From contig CANFXM010000001.1 in assembly GCA_947451045.1 (NCBI GenBank), positions 5,793 through 69,792 on the forward strand: 64,000 nt of DNA, in the 5' to 3' direction. Below the pieces are notes generated by a model. That model was not told the DNA's origin. It made no database searches and saw nothing but the letters and a program-made list of their open reading frames with translations. Of the stretch, positions 52,385 to 62,556 are shown one piece after another (positions within the stretch are counted from its first letter, which is position 1; each line of letters begins with the position of its first letter). A program made the position numbers and the translations under genes. The DNA comes from Actinomycetota bacterium. GTDB taxonomy: Bacteria; Actinomycetota; Actinomycetes; Nanopelagicales; Nanopelagicaceae.

Positions 52385-54556
52385 CTAACCCTTATCCAAG
52401 TAATCAACGGCCTCGTCTGCCTGCAATTCTCGCAACTGCGCCTTAAGCAAAGGATATGCCTTCAACTCCGAGTCTGCTTGCACGAGTTCTATCGCATCAT
52501 TTCTGGCACTTTCAATAAGATCTTCATCGCGCAGCACTCTGAGCAAACGCAAATGCGAACGCGTTCCTGATTGATGTGTTCCCAAAACATCGCCTTCGCG
52601 TCGTTGATCTAAATCAATTCGTGAAAGTTCGAATCCATCGAGTGTGGATGCAACTGCTTCAAGTCGCGCTCTTGCTGGTGATTCAATTGGTGCGCTACTG
52701 ACCAACAAACACAATCCAGATGCGCTGCCTCGGCCAACACGTCCGCGTAATTGGTGCAATTGCGAGACTCCAAAGCGATCTGCATCCATGATCACCATAA
52801 CTGTGGCATTGGCAACGTCGACTCCCACTTCAATTACTGTGGTTGACACAAGGACATCAATATCTCCCGCAGCAAAAGCTTGCATGGTTGCTTCCTTGTC
52901 ATCAGAACTCATACGCCCGTGCAACATCGCAACCCGCAAACCTGCCAGCGGGCCAGCATGTAATTTAGGTGCCAACTCCTCTACAGATGCTAAATCTGAG
53001 GTGGATTCACCAAAAAGGAAATCCATATCCGCATCTTCATTTGTGGTCGCACTAATTCTTGGCGCAACAATGTATGCCTGGTGTCCTTGCGCAACTTCTT
53101 CTTTGATACGGCTCCATGCGCGTTCAACAAATGCAGGTTTCTCTAAAACTGGAACTACGTGAGTTGTAATCGGTTGTCGACCCAGTGGTAGTTCGCGCAA
53201 TGTAGAAACATCCAGATCTCCAAAAACCGTCATTGCAACTGTTCTTGGAATTGGTGTCGCTGTCATAACAAGAAGATGCGGAGGTTTTTGCGCTTTAACT
53301 TTTAGCGCATCACGTTGTTCTACGCCGAATCGATGTTGTTCATCTACAACGATAAGTCCCAAATCTTTGAACTCTACTTTTTCGCCGAGAAGCGCGTGCG
53401 TACCAATTACTATTCCAGCTTCACCTGATGCAGCCAGTGCAAGTGCTTCTTTACGTGCAGCAGCGCTTTGAGATCCAGTAATCAATGTAACTTGCGTTGC
53501 ATGCTCTGGCGCTCCCAACATTCCGCCATGTCCCAATGTTCCTAATAACTTTTCAAATGTTCGCACATGTTGCGCAGCAAGTACTTCAGTAGGAGCAAGG
53601 AGTGCTGCTTGTCCCCCACTATCAATTACGGCAAGCATTGCTCTGAGAGCAACTACTGTCTTTCCAGAACCTACTTCACCTTGTAAGAGTCTGTGCATTG
53701 GATGGGATTGCGCTAAATCATTGTCAATTTCTTGTGTAACTTCTAACTGGCCACCAGTGAGTTGGAAAGGTAACGTTTTATCGAAAGCTTCTAAAATTCC
53801 ACCGAGTCGCGGCGCTCTTGATTGTGTATGTAACTTGCGTAGTTCATTTCGCCGCAATACAAGTAAGAGTTGCAATAAGAACGCCTCGTCAAAAGTGAGA
53901 CGTTCTCGTGAGAGTTCAGCGCTATCTAAATCCATGGGTTTGTGCAGTTGAAAAAGTGCTTGTTGCAGAGTCGGATACTTGTGTTTCGATCGAATTTGAT
54001 CGGGTAAGAAATCACTCAATTCATCTAAAGAGTCAATTGCCAACTCCATACATTGCGCGATTTTCCACGAAGGTAGCTTTGCTGATGCTGGGTAGACCGG
54101 TAAATATTTTCCAGCAAAGTCTTCAACAGCACTATCAACATCACTTCCATCAGGAATCATTTCGTAATCAGGGTGGGCTAATTGGCGCTTTCCGTTGAAT
54201 AGGCCAACTTTGCCAGCGAAGAGTCCTTGTCGCCCAACACGTAATTCTTTTTCGCGCCACGCTTGATTGAAAAAAGTCAGAGAAAGTTTTGCGCTGCCAT
54301 CAGTGACGATGACTTCAAAAATACTGCCTTTGCGTCCCTGTAATCTGCGATTAGATGCACTGTGAACCTGAGCCAAAATTGTTACTTCATCGCCTTCTTG
54401 CAAAGTTGAAATATCGGTTAGTTCACCTCGAACTACATACCGACGTGGGTAATGACGCAATAAGTCACTAACATTTTCCATCGAAAAAGTCTTCGACAAG
54501 ACCTTCGCTGTCCGATCTCCCACCACATTTGTGAGTCGGGTTTCGAGATCGGCCAT
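52385..54556 (-). CDS. recG: ATP-dependent DNA helicase RecG
   Basis: QGEVGSGKT, DEQHRFG, MTATPIPRT, QLHQLRGRVGR. Confidence 0.96.
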   Translation of the reverse strand: MADLETRLTNVVGDRTAKVLSKTFSMENVSDLLRHYPRRYVVRGELTDISTLQEGDEVTILAQVHSASNRRLQGRKGSIFEVIVTDGSAKLSLTFFNQAWREKELRVGRQGLFAGKVGLFNGKRQLAHPDYEMIPDGSDVDSAVEDFAGKYLPVYPASAKLPSWKIAQCMELAIDSLDELSDFLPDQIRSKHKYPTLQQALFQLHKPMDLDSAELSRERLTFDEAFLLQLLLVLRRNELRKLHTQSRAPRLGGILEAFDKTLPFQLTGGQLEVTQEIDNDLAQSHPMHRLLQGEVGSGKTVVALRAMLAVIDSGGQAALLAPTEVLAAQHVRTFEKLLGTLGHGGMLGAPEHATQVTLITGSQSAAARKEALALAASGEAGIVIGTHALLGEKVEFKDLGLIVVDEQHRFGVEQRDALKVKAQKPPHLLVMTATPIPRTVAMTVFGDLDVSTLRELPLGRQPITTHVVPVLEKPAFVERAWSRIKEEVAQGHQAYIVAPRISATTNEDADMDFLFGESTSDLASVEELAPKLHAGPLAGLRVAMLHGRMSSDDKEATMQAFAAGDIDVLVSTTVIEVGVDVANATVMVIMDADRFGVSQLHQLRGRVGRGSASGLCLLVSSAPIESPARARLEAVASTLDGFELSRIDLDQRREGDVLGTHQSGTRSHLRLLRVLRDEDLIESARNDAIELVQADSELKAYPLLKAQLRELQADEAVDYLDKG

Positions 54557-54710
54557 AACTATGATTCTGCCTCACAAAGGGAATCTAGAAGGCCAGTTCT
54601 GCTCTGCCCACGCCTGCGATTAGCCATCTTGGGTCTGTCCACGCTAACCTAGCGCCTTACGTGTTACATCTGCCGGTGAAGTTCTGGCAAAAATATAAAG
54701 GAGTACTGCT

Positions 54711-54896
54711 GTGGCATCAACATGCGATATCTGTGGCAAGGCGCCCAGCTTTGGCAATAACGTTTCACACTCTCAGGTAAAGACTCGTCGTCGCTGGAAT
54801 CCAAATATTCAGCGCGTACGTACTCTTGTTGGTGGAAGCACAAAGCGTCAAAACGTTTGTACTTCTTGCCTCAAGGCTGGAAAAGTTACTCGCTAA
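54711..54896 (+). CDS. rpmB: 50S ribosomal protein L28
   Basis: CD.CGK.P.FG..VSHS...T.RRW.PNIQ, CTSCLKAGKV; SD AGGAG. Confidence 0.95.
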   Translation: MASTCDICGKAPSFGNNVSHSQVKTRRRWNPNIQRVRTLVGGSTKRQNVCTSCLKAGKVTR

Positions 54897-54902
54897 TATT
54901 TT

Positions 54903-55829
54903 CTAATTGAAATGGCGCCAGGTTTCTGGCGCTTTTTTCATTTCTAGACCATTGATTCCGGAACCTTTTTCCACGATTCCAACTTCTAAACCAGCTAAAT
55001 CTTTCCCTGTTGCCAGAAAGACATGGTCTTCTCCTCCGGCATAAATCCATTGCCAGACATCGCTTTCAAGTGCGCTCGCGAGTTCGGATAACTCATGGAA
55101 TTCAGAATGCCTAGCGAACTTTTCTTGCTCGAAAACTAATTTAACTCCTGATGCATCACTGAGCTGCTGGGCTTGAATAAGTAATGCATCACTGAGATCT
55201 GTCAACGAGTTTGCACCTTTTTGAGCCCAAGCTCTGGCAATTTCATAATCCAAAGTTGGCGCACAAAATTCTTCGCGAGCATATATTGAAGTATCGCTCT
55301 CGATATCACTTGCACTATTGAGAAGTTCATACCCAGCCGCAGACCAACCAGGAAGTGATGAAAGATAAATGTGGTCGCCAACTTTTGCGCCACTTCGCAG
55401 AATTGGATTTTTCACACTTCCGTAAGCAGTAATGGCGATAACTTTTATTGGAGCGCGCGTGATATCTCCACCCACCACAACTGCTCCGACACTTGCTGCT
55501 TCATGTGCAATTCCTTGCGCGAGTTCACTAATCCACTCCAGAGTCTCGCTACCCGTAAGTGCAAGTGCAACTACTAAGTGATGAGGTAGGCCGCCCATTG
55601 CAAAAACATCAGCACAATTAGCTGCCGTTATTTTGCGACCAATTTCAAATGCGCCAGACCATGCTGTATCAAAATGAGTTCCCTCAATGGCCATATCTGT
55701 AGTAATAACACTCTTGCTCGTTGTCTCAACTATTGCTCCATCATCGCCAATACCAACGAGTACACCTTTATGGCTTGTGCCAAAAATACGCGCGACGGTA
55801 GCGATCACTTGTGCTTCGTCGAAGTTCAT
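54903..55829 (-). CDS. thiL: Thiamine-phosphate kinase
   Basis: GIGDD, TTD....G.HF, N..D..AMG, VVGGD, DLSD, GGEDH. Confidence 0.92.
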   Translation of the reverse strand: MNFDEAQVIATVARIFGTSHKGVLVGIGDDGAIVETTSKSVITTDMAIEGTHFDTAWSGAFEIGRKITAANCADVFAMGGLPHHLVVALALTGSETLEWISELAQGIAHEAASVGAVVVGGDITRAPIKVIAITAYGSVKNPILRSGAKVGDHIYLSSLPGWSAAGYELLNSASDIESDTSIYAREEFCAPTLDYEIARAWAQKGANSLTDLSDALLIQAQQLSDASGVKLVFEQEKFARHSEFHELSELASALESDVWQWIYAGGEDHVFLATGKDLAGLEVGIVEKGSGINGLEMKKAPETWRHFN

Positions 55830-55906
55830 AGCCGTAGCCTAATCGCACTAGAGAATAAGTATGGTTGTGATGTAACCTCTGGCGTACACATTAGAAGGAG
55901 AAGTCC

Positions 55907-56140
55907 ATGTCAATACAGGCCTACATCTTGATTCAGACTGAAGTTGGAAAAGCATCAAGTGTTGCTAAATCTGTTTCGGCAATCGCAGGTGTCACTTTGG
56001 CTGAAGGCGTAACTGGTCCCTATGACGTCATCATGCGTGCAGAAGCACCTAGCATGGACGAATTTGGTCGAGTCATTCTCTCTAAAGTACAGGCGGTTGC
56101 TGGAATTACCAGAACACTTACCTGTCCCGTTACGTACTAA
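55907..56140 (+). CDS. Lrp/AsnC ligand-binding domain protein (no HTH)
   Basis: QAYILIQTEVGK, VTGPYDVI, GITRTLTCPV. Confidence 0.88.
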   Translation: MSIQAYILIQTEVGKASSVAKSVSAIAGVTLAEGVTGPYDVIMRAEAPSMDEFGRVILSKVQAVAGITRTLTCPVTY

Positions 56141-56142
56141 AT

Positions 56143-57213
56143 CTAATTTCCCAATACGCCATTACTTCGTGTCAGCGCGCTTATAAGTAGAGCGCTAATA
56201 ATTTGTGTGTAACTTTTACCGCTTGCAGCCCACATTTTTGGGAAAACCGATGTCGGTGTAAACCCTGGCATGGTGTTGAGTTCATTGATAATAATTTCGC
56301 CATTGGCGCTATAAAAGAAATCAACTCGTGCAAGGCCCGCACATCCAAGTGCTATAAATGCTTTGACTGCTTTCTCCTGAATATCTTTGAAAGCATCTGC
56401 TGGAATTGGCGCTGGTAACTCAATCGATGTTGCGCCATCTAAATATTTTGCTTCAAAGTCATAGAACTCAAAGGCATCACTTATCTTTATCTCACCAACA
56501 ACTGATGCGTGTGGGAAACCATCGAATTCCAAGACTGCGCATTCAATCTCTTTGCCAATAACTGCATTCTCAACAATTGCCTTACGATCAAAAATATGAG
56601 TATCAGTGATTGCCTTCTCAAGTTCATCGGCGTTATGCACTTTATGCGTGCCACGACTTGAACCACCTCGCGCAGGTTTTACAAAAACTGGATAGCCCAG
56701 AGTTGCAATTCTCTTAGCGCAAGCGTTCTTATCTTTTGCCCATTCTTCTTTCGTCACTACAAACCCTTCAGCAACTTTGATTCCTGCAGCCGCGAATATT
56801 GGTTTTGCAAATGATTTATCCATCGCAACTGAGGAGGCAAGAACGCCACTGCCAACATAAGGAATATCAGCCATTTCGCAAAAACCTTGAATGGTGCCAT
56901 CTTCACCGTATGGACCATGGAGAACTGGAAAAACGATATCGATATCTAGATTTTTTCCTTGACTACTCAACCCTGCAATATCTGCAACAACTGCAGGCGC
57001 ATTCGGATATACATGAGGCAGCGCTCCATTGACTATCGAAAGTGGATAATCATTAGGCAATAAGACCCAATTACCTTCTTTGGAAATGCCAATCAAAATT
57101 GGTTCATATGTATTGCGGTCTATACCTTCTAAAATTCCTCCCGCAGAGATGCATGAAATTTCATGTTCACTACTGCGTCCACCACAAATTATTGCTACTC
57201 GTGTTTTACTCAT
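56143..57213 (-). CDS. ddl: D-alanine--D-alanine ligase
   Basis: GGRSSEH, HGPYGEDG, KPARGGSS, YDFEAKY, NELNTMPGFT. Confidence 0.95.
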   Translation of the reverse strand: MSKTRVAIICGGRSSEHEISCISAGGILEGIDRNTYEPILIGISKEGNWVLLPNDYPLSIVNGALPHVYPNAPAVVADIAGLSSQGKNLDIDIVFPVLHGPYGEDGTIQGFCEMADIPYVGSGVLASSVAMDKSFAKPIFAAAGIKVAEGFVVTKEEWAKDKNACAKRIATLGYPVFVKPARGGSSRGTHKVHNADELEKAITDTHIFDRKAIVENAVIGKEIECAVLEFDGFPHASVVGEIKISDAFEFYDFEAKYLDGATSIELPAPIPADAFKDIQEKAVKAFIALGCAGLARVDFFYSANGEIIINELNTMPGFTPTSVFPKMWAASGKSYTQIISALLISALTRSNGVLGN

Positions 57214-58211
57214 TTAATAAAGTTTTCTGAGGCAGTAGTAATTGTCATTAAACGCTCCAGCGCCGCAGCTGGGGTTAAGGTTCCAGATACGATGTCGGCT
57301 ACTGCTTCTATGACAGGCACTTCGACTCCAACTCTGTGGGCGATTTCAAGAATTGCACTGGATGAGGCTACGCCCTCTACCGTTTTAGCAACGTGTTCGC
57401 GCGCATAATCCATTGAGCCGCTTCGACCAAGTACTTCACCAAAAGTGCGATTTCGCGACAGTGGTGAACCACAACTTGCAACCAGATCTCCCATACCAGC
57501 GAGTCCAGCTGCGCTCAGGGGGTCAGCGCCGTGAGCTGCACACAAACGCGCAACTTCATTGAGACCGCGAGTGATGAGCATTGCTTGAGTATTTTCGCCA
57601 TATCCCATGCCGATTGAAATTCCAACAGCAAGGGCAATAACGCTTTTGATTGCACCAGAAAATTCGCAGCCTAAAACGTCGACAGATGTGTAGACCCGGT
57701 AATACGGATTTCGAAAGAGGCCTCTTACCTCCTCAGCTAATGCTTGTGAATGTGCAGCAACAACGGCGCCTGCTGGTTGTCGCACAATAAGTTCATTGGC
57801 AAGATTGGGGCCAGTGATGAGTGCAATGTGTTGCGAATGGGTAATTTCTTCAATCACTTCTGTCATTCGCAAAAGAGTGCTCATTTCAATTCCTTTGAGA
57901 GTGCTGATAATGACACTTTCTGCACCAAAAAATGGCTTCCACTCTATTAATTTTTCTCGAAGCGTCTGCGCCGGTATAGCTAAAACATAATATTTTGAGA
58001 ATGCAAAGGCTTCGGCGATATCTGTTGTGGCGCGTATGTCACTAGGTAGAACACTGTCATCAAGATATTTCTTATTGGTGTGCAAACTATTTATCTCATC
58101 GATTACTTCGCCGCTGCGCCCCCAAAGAAGTACTTCGTTTCCGGCATCGCTAAGAACCTGAGCCATAGTGGCGCCCCAAGCGCCTGCTCCAAGAACTGTA
58201 ACTTTTTGCAT
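57210..58211 (-). CDS. gpsA: NAD(P)H-dependent glycerol-3-phosphate dehydrogenase
   Basis: GAGAWG, GPNLA, GA.K.VIALA.G, G.GDL..SC.S..SRN. Start ATG 58211 preferred; TTG 58220 is the alternative. Confidence 0.93.
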   Translation of the reverse strand: MQKVTVLGAGAWGATMAQVLSDAGNEVLLWGRSGEVIDEINSLHTNKKYLDDSVLPSDIRATTDIAEAFAFSKYYVLAIPAQTLREKLIEWKPFFGAESVIISTLKGIEMSTLLRMTEVIEEITHSQHIALITGPNLANELIVRQPAGAVVAAHSQALAEEVRGLFRNPYYRVYTSVDVLGCEFSGAIKSVIALAVGISIGMGYGENTQAMLITRGLNEVARLCAAHGADPLSAAGLAGMGDLVASCGSPLSRNRTFGEVLGRSGSMDYAREHVAKTVEGVASSSAILEIAHRVGVEVPVIEAVADIVSGTLTPAAALERLMTITTASENFIK

Positions 58212-58220
58212 AGGAGGCAA

Positions 58221-58997
58221 TTATCGCGCCTTCTTGAAGTTTCCAGTACGTGGAAGTGTTGAATTATGAGGATCAAAAATCGCTACCGGGCGTTTTTCAC
58301 CACGCATAGGCTCAAGAAGATCTGTAATTGCGCGCATTGCATAGGCAGTAGCCTCTTTGAGCGCTTCTGGATCTTCCTCTTTGCCATACCATTTCGAAAA
58401 ATCAAGTGGTGGACCAGCGTGCATCATGATTTTGGTCCGAGGAAATAGCTTTATTTTTTTACTATATGTAGGCATAACTATTTGCGAACCCCACTGCGCA
58501 ATCGGAATTACTGGGGCTCTAGAAATAATTGCAAGGCGGGCCAAACCAGTCTTTGCAATCATCGGCCAATTATTTTCATCACGGGTCAAGGTTCCTTCTG
58601 GATACACGCCAATCAAGTGGCCTGCTTTGAGTAATTCAAGGGCATGGACAAGTGCCTCACCTGCAGCTTTTGTTTCGCGCTCCACAGGAACTTGACCCGC
58701 ACCTAAAAGTATCTTTCCAATTATTGGAGTTTTGAAAATTCCAGATTTCCCCAAATAACGCGGTGCGCGACCATTTTTATATAAGTAATGAGTGAGCATC
58801 AATACATCAAGATATGAAAGATGATTACTGCACACAATGACGGGACCAGTTTTTGGAATGTATTGCGCGCCTTGCCAATCTCTTTTAGTTATTGCTCGCA
58901 AGATTGGAATAAGAACTGCGGCACCAAATCTAAATGTTGGATTTACGCCAAGTGGTCTGCCTTGAGGTGGGGCATACGAGATTTTATAATCAGGCAT
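58221..58997 (-). CDS. plsC: 1-acyl-sn-glycerol-3-phosphate acyltransferase (PlsC family)
   Basis: NHLSYLD, YPEGT. Start placed at ATG 58997 (TAAGAT 7 nt upstream). Confidence 0.85.
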   Translation of the reverse strand: MPDYKISYAPPQGRPLGVNPTFRFGAAVLIPILRAITKRDWQGAQYIPKTGPVIVCSNHLSYLDVLMLTHYLYKNGRAPRYLGKSGIFKTPIIGKILLGAGQVPVERETKAAGEALVHALELLKAGHLIGVYPEGTLTRDENNWPMIAKTGLARLAIISRAPVIPIAQWGSQIVMPTYSKKIKLFPRTKIMMHAGPPLDFSKWYGKEEDPEALKEATAYAMRAITDLLEPMRGEKRPVAIFDPHNSTLPRTGNFKKAR

Positions 58998-59022
58998 AGT
59001 CATAATCTTATGCAATCACAAT

Positions 59023-59064
59023 GAAAAAGGAGCGAAACCAGATAACTGGCTTCGCTCCCTTTTC
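59023..59064 (-). terminator. Intrinsic terminator of hup
   Basis: Minus strand GGAGCGAAGCCAG-TTAT-CTGGTTTCGCTCC followed by TTTTT, about 14 nt after the stop. Confidence 0.8.
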
Positions 59065-59078
59065 GAGAGTAAAAAGAA

Positions 59079-59546
59079 TTACTTCTTCTTAGCTTTCTTT
59101 GCAACCTTCTTCTTTGCAGGAGCTCTCTTAGCAACTTTCTTAGCAGCTGGCTTCTTCTTAGCAGCTACCTTCTTCTTTGCTGAAGCTTTCTTAGCAGCCT
59201 TCTTTGCTACTGGCTTTGCAACAGCCTTAACTACCTTTGGTTCTGGCTTTGGTGCAGGTCCAAGCTTGCGCTCGCCTGAGATGACATCTTTCAATCCCTT
59301 TGCAGGAAGGAAGCGTGCCTTCTTTGAAGCCTTGATCTTGATTGTCTCGCCTGTAAATGGGTTACGTCCCATACGTGCTTTGCGATCAACCTTTTTAAAC
59401 TTACCGAAATCGTTGATCATGACATCTTCACCCTTTGAGAGTGAACGAACGATTGTGTCAAAAACGATATCTACAGCGTGAGCTGCTTCCTTCTTGCTGT
59501 CGTTGAAGTGTGGTGCCAACGCCGCAATGAATTGGGCCTTATTCAT
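59079..59546 (-). CDS. hup: HU family DNA-binding protein with Lys/Ala-rich histone-like tail (HupB/HupS type)
   Basis: FGKFK...R.AR.GRNP.TGE...I; AKK/PAKK repeats at the C-terminus. Confidence 0.92.
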   Translation of the reverse strand: MNKAQFIAALAPHFNDSKKEAAHAVDIVFDTIVRSLSKGEDVMINDFGKFKKVDRKARMGRNPFTGETIKIKASKKARFLPAKGLKDVISGERKLGPAPKPEPKVVKAVAKPVAKKAAKKASAKKKVAAKKKPAAKKVAKRAPAKKKVAKKAKKK

Positions 59547-59781
59547 TGAAATCCCCTTATTACGCGTAAATGTTAGACATTCGTCTAATGCAATATAAAA
59601 CTTACGCGCACATATGGGGTGATACGCGAATATGCGAGTGCGTGTCGCGAAAAATTATTATTGAAAAAATGCACTTTTTACGCGTAGAAAACTCTCAATT
59701 ACACGTTGAGACTTGTTCATTCCTAAAATATTTTTACCTCACCCTATGGAAAAAAGCGCTATTTCACGCTTGTTTTTGCCT

Positions 59782-60381
59782 CTATTTTTTAATTGGAAGA
59801 GTTTTGGGTTTGTATATCGCACGCTTGGATTCAAAAGAGTCAATGGAATCAGTCTCTTTCAAGGTCAGCCCAATGTCATCTAGGCCTTCCATCAGACGCC
59901 AACGGGTGTAATCATCGAGTTCGAAGGCAACAACAGTTGAGCTGTAAGAAACTGTGCGAGCTTCTAGATCAACAGTGATTTGCGTTGTTGGATCTGCCTC
60001 AATGGCAGTCCAAATATTTTCTACATCGCTCTGATCGATGATGACAGTGAGCAATCCGCCTTTGAGCGAATTACCACGGAAGATATCGGCAAAACGACTC
60101 GAGATAACAGCCTTGAAGCCATAATTTTGTAAGGCCCAGACTGCATGTTCGCGAGACGAACCGGTTCCAAAATCCACACCTGCGACCAAGATAGTTCCAT
60201 TCTTGTAAGCCGCTTGATTGAGTACAAATTCTGGATCATTGCGCCATGCACTAAATAATCCATCTTCAAATCCACTGCGTGTTACTCGCTTCAAGTACAC
60301 GGCCGGAATAATTTGATCGGTATCAACATTGCTGCGACGTAGTGGGACACCTGTGCCTGTGTGCTTAATAAATTTTTCCAT
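59782..60381 (-). CDS. leuD: 3-isopropylmalate dehydratase small subunit
   Basis: [19 protein letters not shown]. Confidence 0.96.
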   Translation of the reverse strand: MEKFIKHTGTGVPLRRSNVDTDQIIPAVYLKRVTRSGFEDGLFSAWRNDPEFVLNQAAYKNGTILVAGVDFGTGSSREHAVWALQNYGFKAVISSRFADIFRGNSLKGGLLTVIIDQSDVENIWTAIEADPTTQITVDLEARTVSYSSTVVAFELDDYTRWRLMEGLDDIGLTLKETDSIDSFESKRAIYKPKTLPIKK

Positions 60382-60392
60382 GTTCTCGCCTC

Positions 60393-61784
60393 CTACAAAT
60401 CTGCCGGTGAAGAAAGTGTTCCGCGAAGTGCGGTTGCTGCTGCCACCAGTGGGCTCACAAGGTGAGTACGACCACCCTTACCTTGGCGTCCTTCGAAGTT
60501 TCTATTACTTGTCGAAGCTGATCGCTCACCCACTGCAAGTTGATCAGGATTCATACCAAGACACATGGAGCATCCTGCATTTCGCCATTCAGCTCCTGCA
60601 TCTAAAAAGACTTTATCTAAACCTTCTTGTTCTGCTTGCAAACGCACTCGCGCAGAACCAGGAACTACCAACATGCGAAGTGTTGAAGATATCTTCTTGC
60701 CCTTGAGTACATCAGCTGCTGCACGCAAATCTTCAATTCGACCATTGGTACAAGAGCCCAAGAAAACAGTGTCGATGGCTATCTTTTTCAATGGTGTGCC
60801 TGCTTCGAGTCCCATGTACACAAGTGCGCGCTCTGCTGCGCCACGCTCTTCTGCATCAGTAATTTTCGCAGGATCTGGAACGCTGGCATTGAGTGGTAAA
60901 CCTTGTCCTGGATTAGTTCCCCATGTAACAAATGGCTCTAGCGAATTAGCATCAAGATCAATTTCAACATCATATTTCGCATCAGCATCGGTGTATAAAG
61001 TTTTCCAATATGAAAGGGCTGCATCGAAATCTTCTGGCGCATGTGGCTTGCCCTTAATATATGCAAATGTTTTTTCATCAGGTGCAATCACTCCTGCGCG
61101 CGCGCCTGCTTCGATAGACATATTACATACCGTCATACGGCCTTCCATCGAAAGTTCGCGAATTGCACTACCGCGATATTCAATGACATAGCCCTGGCCT
61201 CCACCAGTACCGATTTTTGCAATGATTGCCAAAATAATGTCTTTGGAAGTAACGCCAGCTTTGAGTTTTCCTTCTACATTGATTGCCATTGTTTTCGGAC
61301 GCGCAAGCGGCAAAGTCTGTGTAGCAAGTACATGCTCAACTTCACTTGTCCCAATTCCAAAAGCAAGTGCGCCAAATGCACCATGTGTTGACGTATGTGA
61401 ATCTCCACAAACAATTGTCATACCCGGTTGAGTGAGACCGAGCTGCGGTCCAACAACATGAACAATGCCTTGTTCGGCATCGCCTAATGAGTGAATACGC
61501 ACTCCAAATTCAGCGCAGTTCGCGCGCAATGTATCTACCTGCAATTTGGAAACCGGGTCTGCAATTGGTTTATCAATATTTAGGGTTGGGGTGTTGTGAT
61601 CCTCAGTTGCAATAGTTAGATCAGTGCGGCGAACTTTTCGTCCCGCCAGACGTAGGCCATCAAATGCTTGAGGACTCGTTACTTCGTGAATGAGATGTAA
61701 ATCGATATAAATAAGATCTGGCTCACCGGCGGCAGAGCGAACAATGTGTTCACTCCAAATCTTCTCGGCTAATGTTTTACCCAT
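60393..61784 (-). CDS. leuC: 3-isopropylmalate dehydratase large subunit
   Basis: [43 protein letters not shown]. Confidence 0.97.
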   Translation of the reverse strand: MGKTLAEKIWSEHIVRSAAGEPDLIYIDLHLIHEVTSPQAFDGLRLAGRKVRRTDLTIATEDHNTPTLNIDKPIADPVSKLQVDTLRANCAEFGVRIHSLGDAEQGIVHVVGPQLGLTQPGMTIVCGDSHTSTHGAFGALAFGIGTSEVEHVLATQTLPLARPKTMAINVEGKLKAGVTSKDIILAIIAKIGTGGGQGYVIEYRGSAIRELSMEGRMTVCNMSIEAGARAGVIAPDEKTFAYIKGKPHAPEDFDAALSYWKTLYTDADAKYDVEIDLDANSLEPFVTWGTNPGQGLPLNASVPDPAKITDAEERGAAERALVYMGLEAGTPLKKIAIDTVFLGSCTNGRIEDLRAAADVLKGKKISSTLRMLVVPGSARVRLQAEQEGLDKVFLDAGAEWRNAGCSMCLGMNPDQLAVGERSASTSNRNFEGRQGKGGRTHLVSPLVAAATALRGTLSSPADL

Positions 61785-61806
61785 CGACTACAACTCCTCT
61801 AATTTT

Positions 61807-61827
61807 GCATCCCAACTAATGAGATGC
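61807..61827. promoter_or_regulatory. Imperfect palindrome GCATCCCA-ACTAA-TGAGATGC between leuC and the IclR gene; probable NdgR-type operator
   Basis: 8-bp arms with one mismatch, lying over both divergent promoter regions. Confidence 0.6.
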
Positions 61828-61839
61828 TAATCTTGCCCT

Positions 61840-62556
61840 ATGAACAAGAAGAATAGCGGAGTTGGCGTATTAGACAAAGCCGTATTTATTCTCACCACTC
61901 TTGAATCAGGGCCACACTCGTTGGCCGAACTCGTAGCAGCAACAGGCATAGCGCGCCCCACTGCCCACCGATTAGCAGTTGCATTGGAATTTCATCGACT
62001 CGTTACTCGCGATCTCACTGGTCGCTTTGTTTTAGGTCCACGCCCGGCAGAACTTGGCGCAGCAGCTGGTGAAGATCGCCTTATTGCAGCAGCTGGTCCA
62101 GTTCTTACGGCCTTGCGCGATGCAACAGGTGAGAGCGCCCAGCTTTATAGACGCCAAGGAGATGTACGAATCTGTGTTGCAGTAGCCGAGCGCTTATCTG
62201 GACTTCGCGATTCTGTTCCTGTTGGTTCATCATTGACTATGCAAGCCGGCTCTGCTGCGCAAATACTTCTTGCGTGGGAAGACTCTGAAAAAATTCATCG
62301 CGGATTAACTAATGCACGTTTTACTGCTGCGCAATTATCTGCTGATCGCCGCCGTGGTTGGGCACAGTCAGTGGGAGAACGCGAGGCTGGAGTTGCATCT
62401 GTTTCTGCGCCTGTTCGCGGACCTAATGGAAAAGTTATTGCTGCCGTCAGTATCAGTGGTCCGATAGAGCGCCTTGGCCGCCAGCCAGGTCGTATTCACG
62501 CAGCAGCAGTTGTTGCAACAGCTGCGCGACTTACAGAACATTTAGCAAAGAGCTAG
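61840..62556 (+). CDS. ndgR: IclR family regulator divergent from leuCD (NdgR/LtbR type)
   Basis: SGVGVLDKA, TAHRLA.ALE.H, GEREAGVASVSAPV; conserved position. Confidence 0.85.
   Translation: MNKKNSGVGVLDKAVFILTTLESGPHSLAELVAATGIARPTAHRLAVALEFHRLVTRDLTGRFVLGPRPAELGAAAGEDRLIAAAGPVLTALRDATGESAQLYRRQGDVRICVAVAERLSGLRDSVPVGSSLTMQAGSAAQILLAWEDSEKIHRGLTNARFTAAQLSADRRRGWAQSVGEREAGVASVSAPVRGPNGKVIAAVSISGPIERLGRQPGRIHAAAVVATAARLTEHLAKS

Noticed and set aside
59079-59260. AKK/PAKK repeats in the HU tail as a novelty
   Set aside because: This is a well-described feature of actinobacterial HupB/HupS.
59570-59911. 113-aa ORF in the hup-leuD spacer; also considered oriC, dif or a tRNA here
   Set aside because: The ORF overlaps leuD antisense and has no motif. 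I found no DnaA boxes, no XerC/D arm pattern and no cloverleaf or T-loop.
60565-61191. 208-aa ORF on + and the many other 60-180-aa alternative ORFs in the track
   Set aside because: They lie fully antisense to or out of frame within well-conserved genes (here leuC) and show no recognisable motifs.
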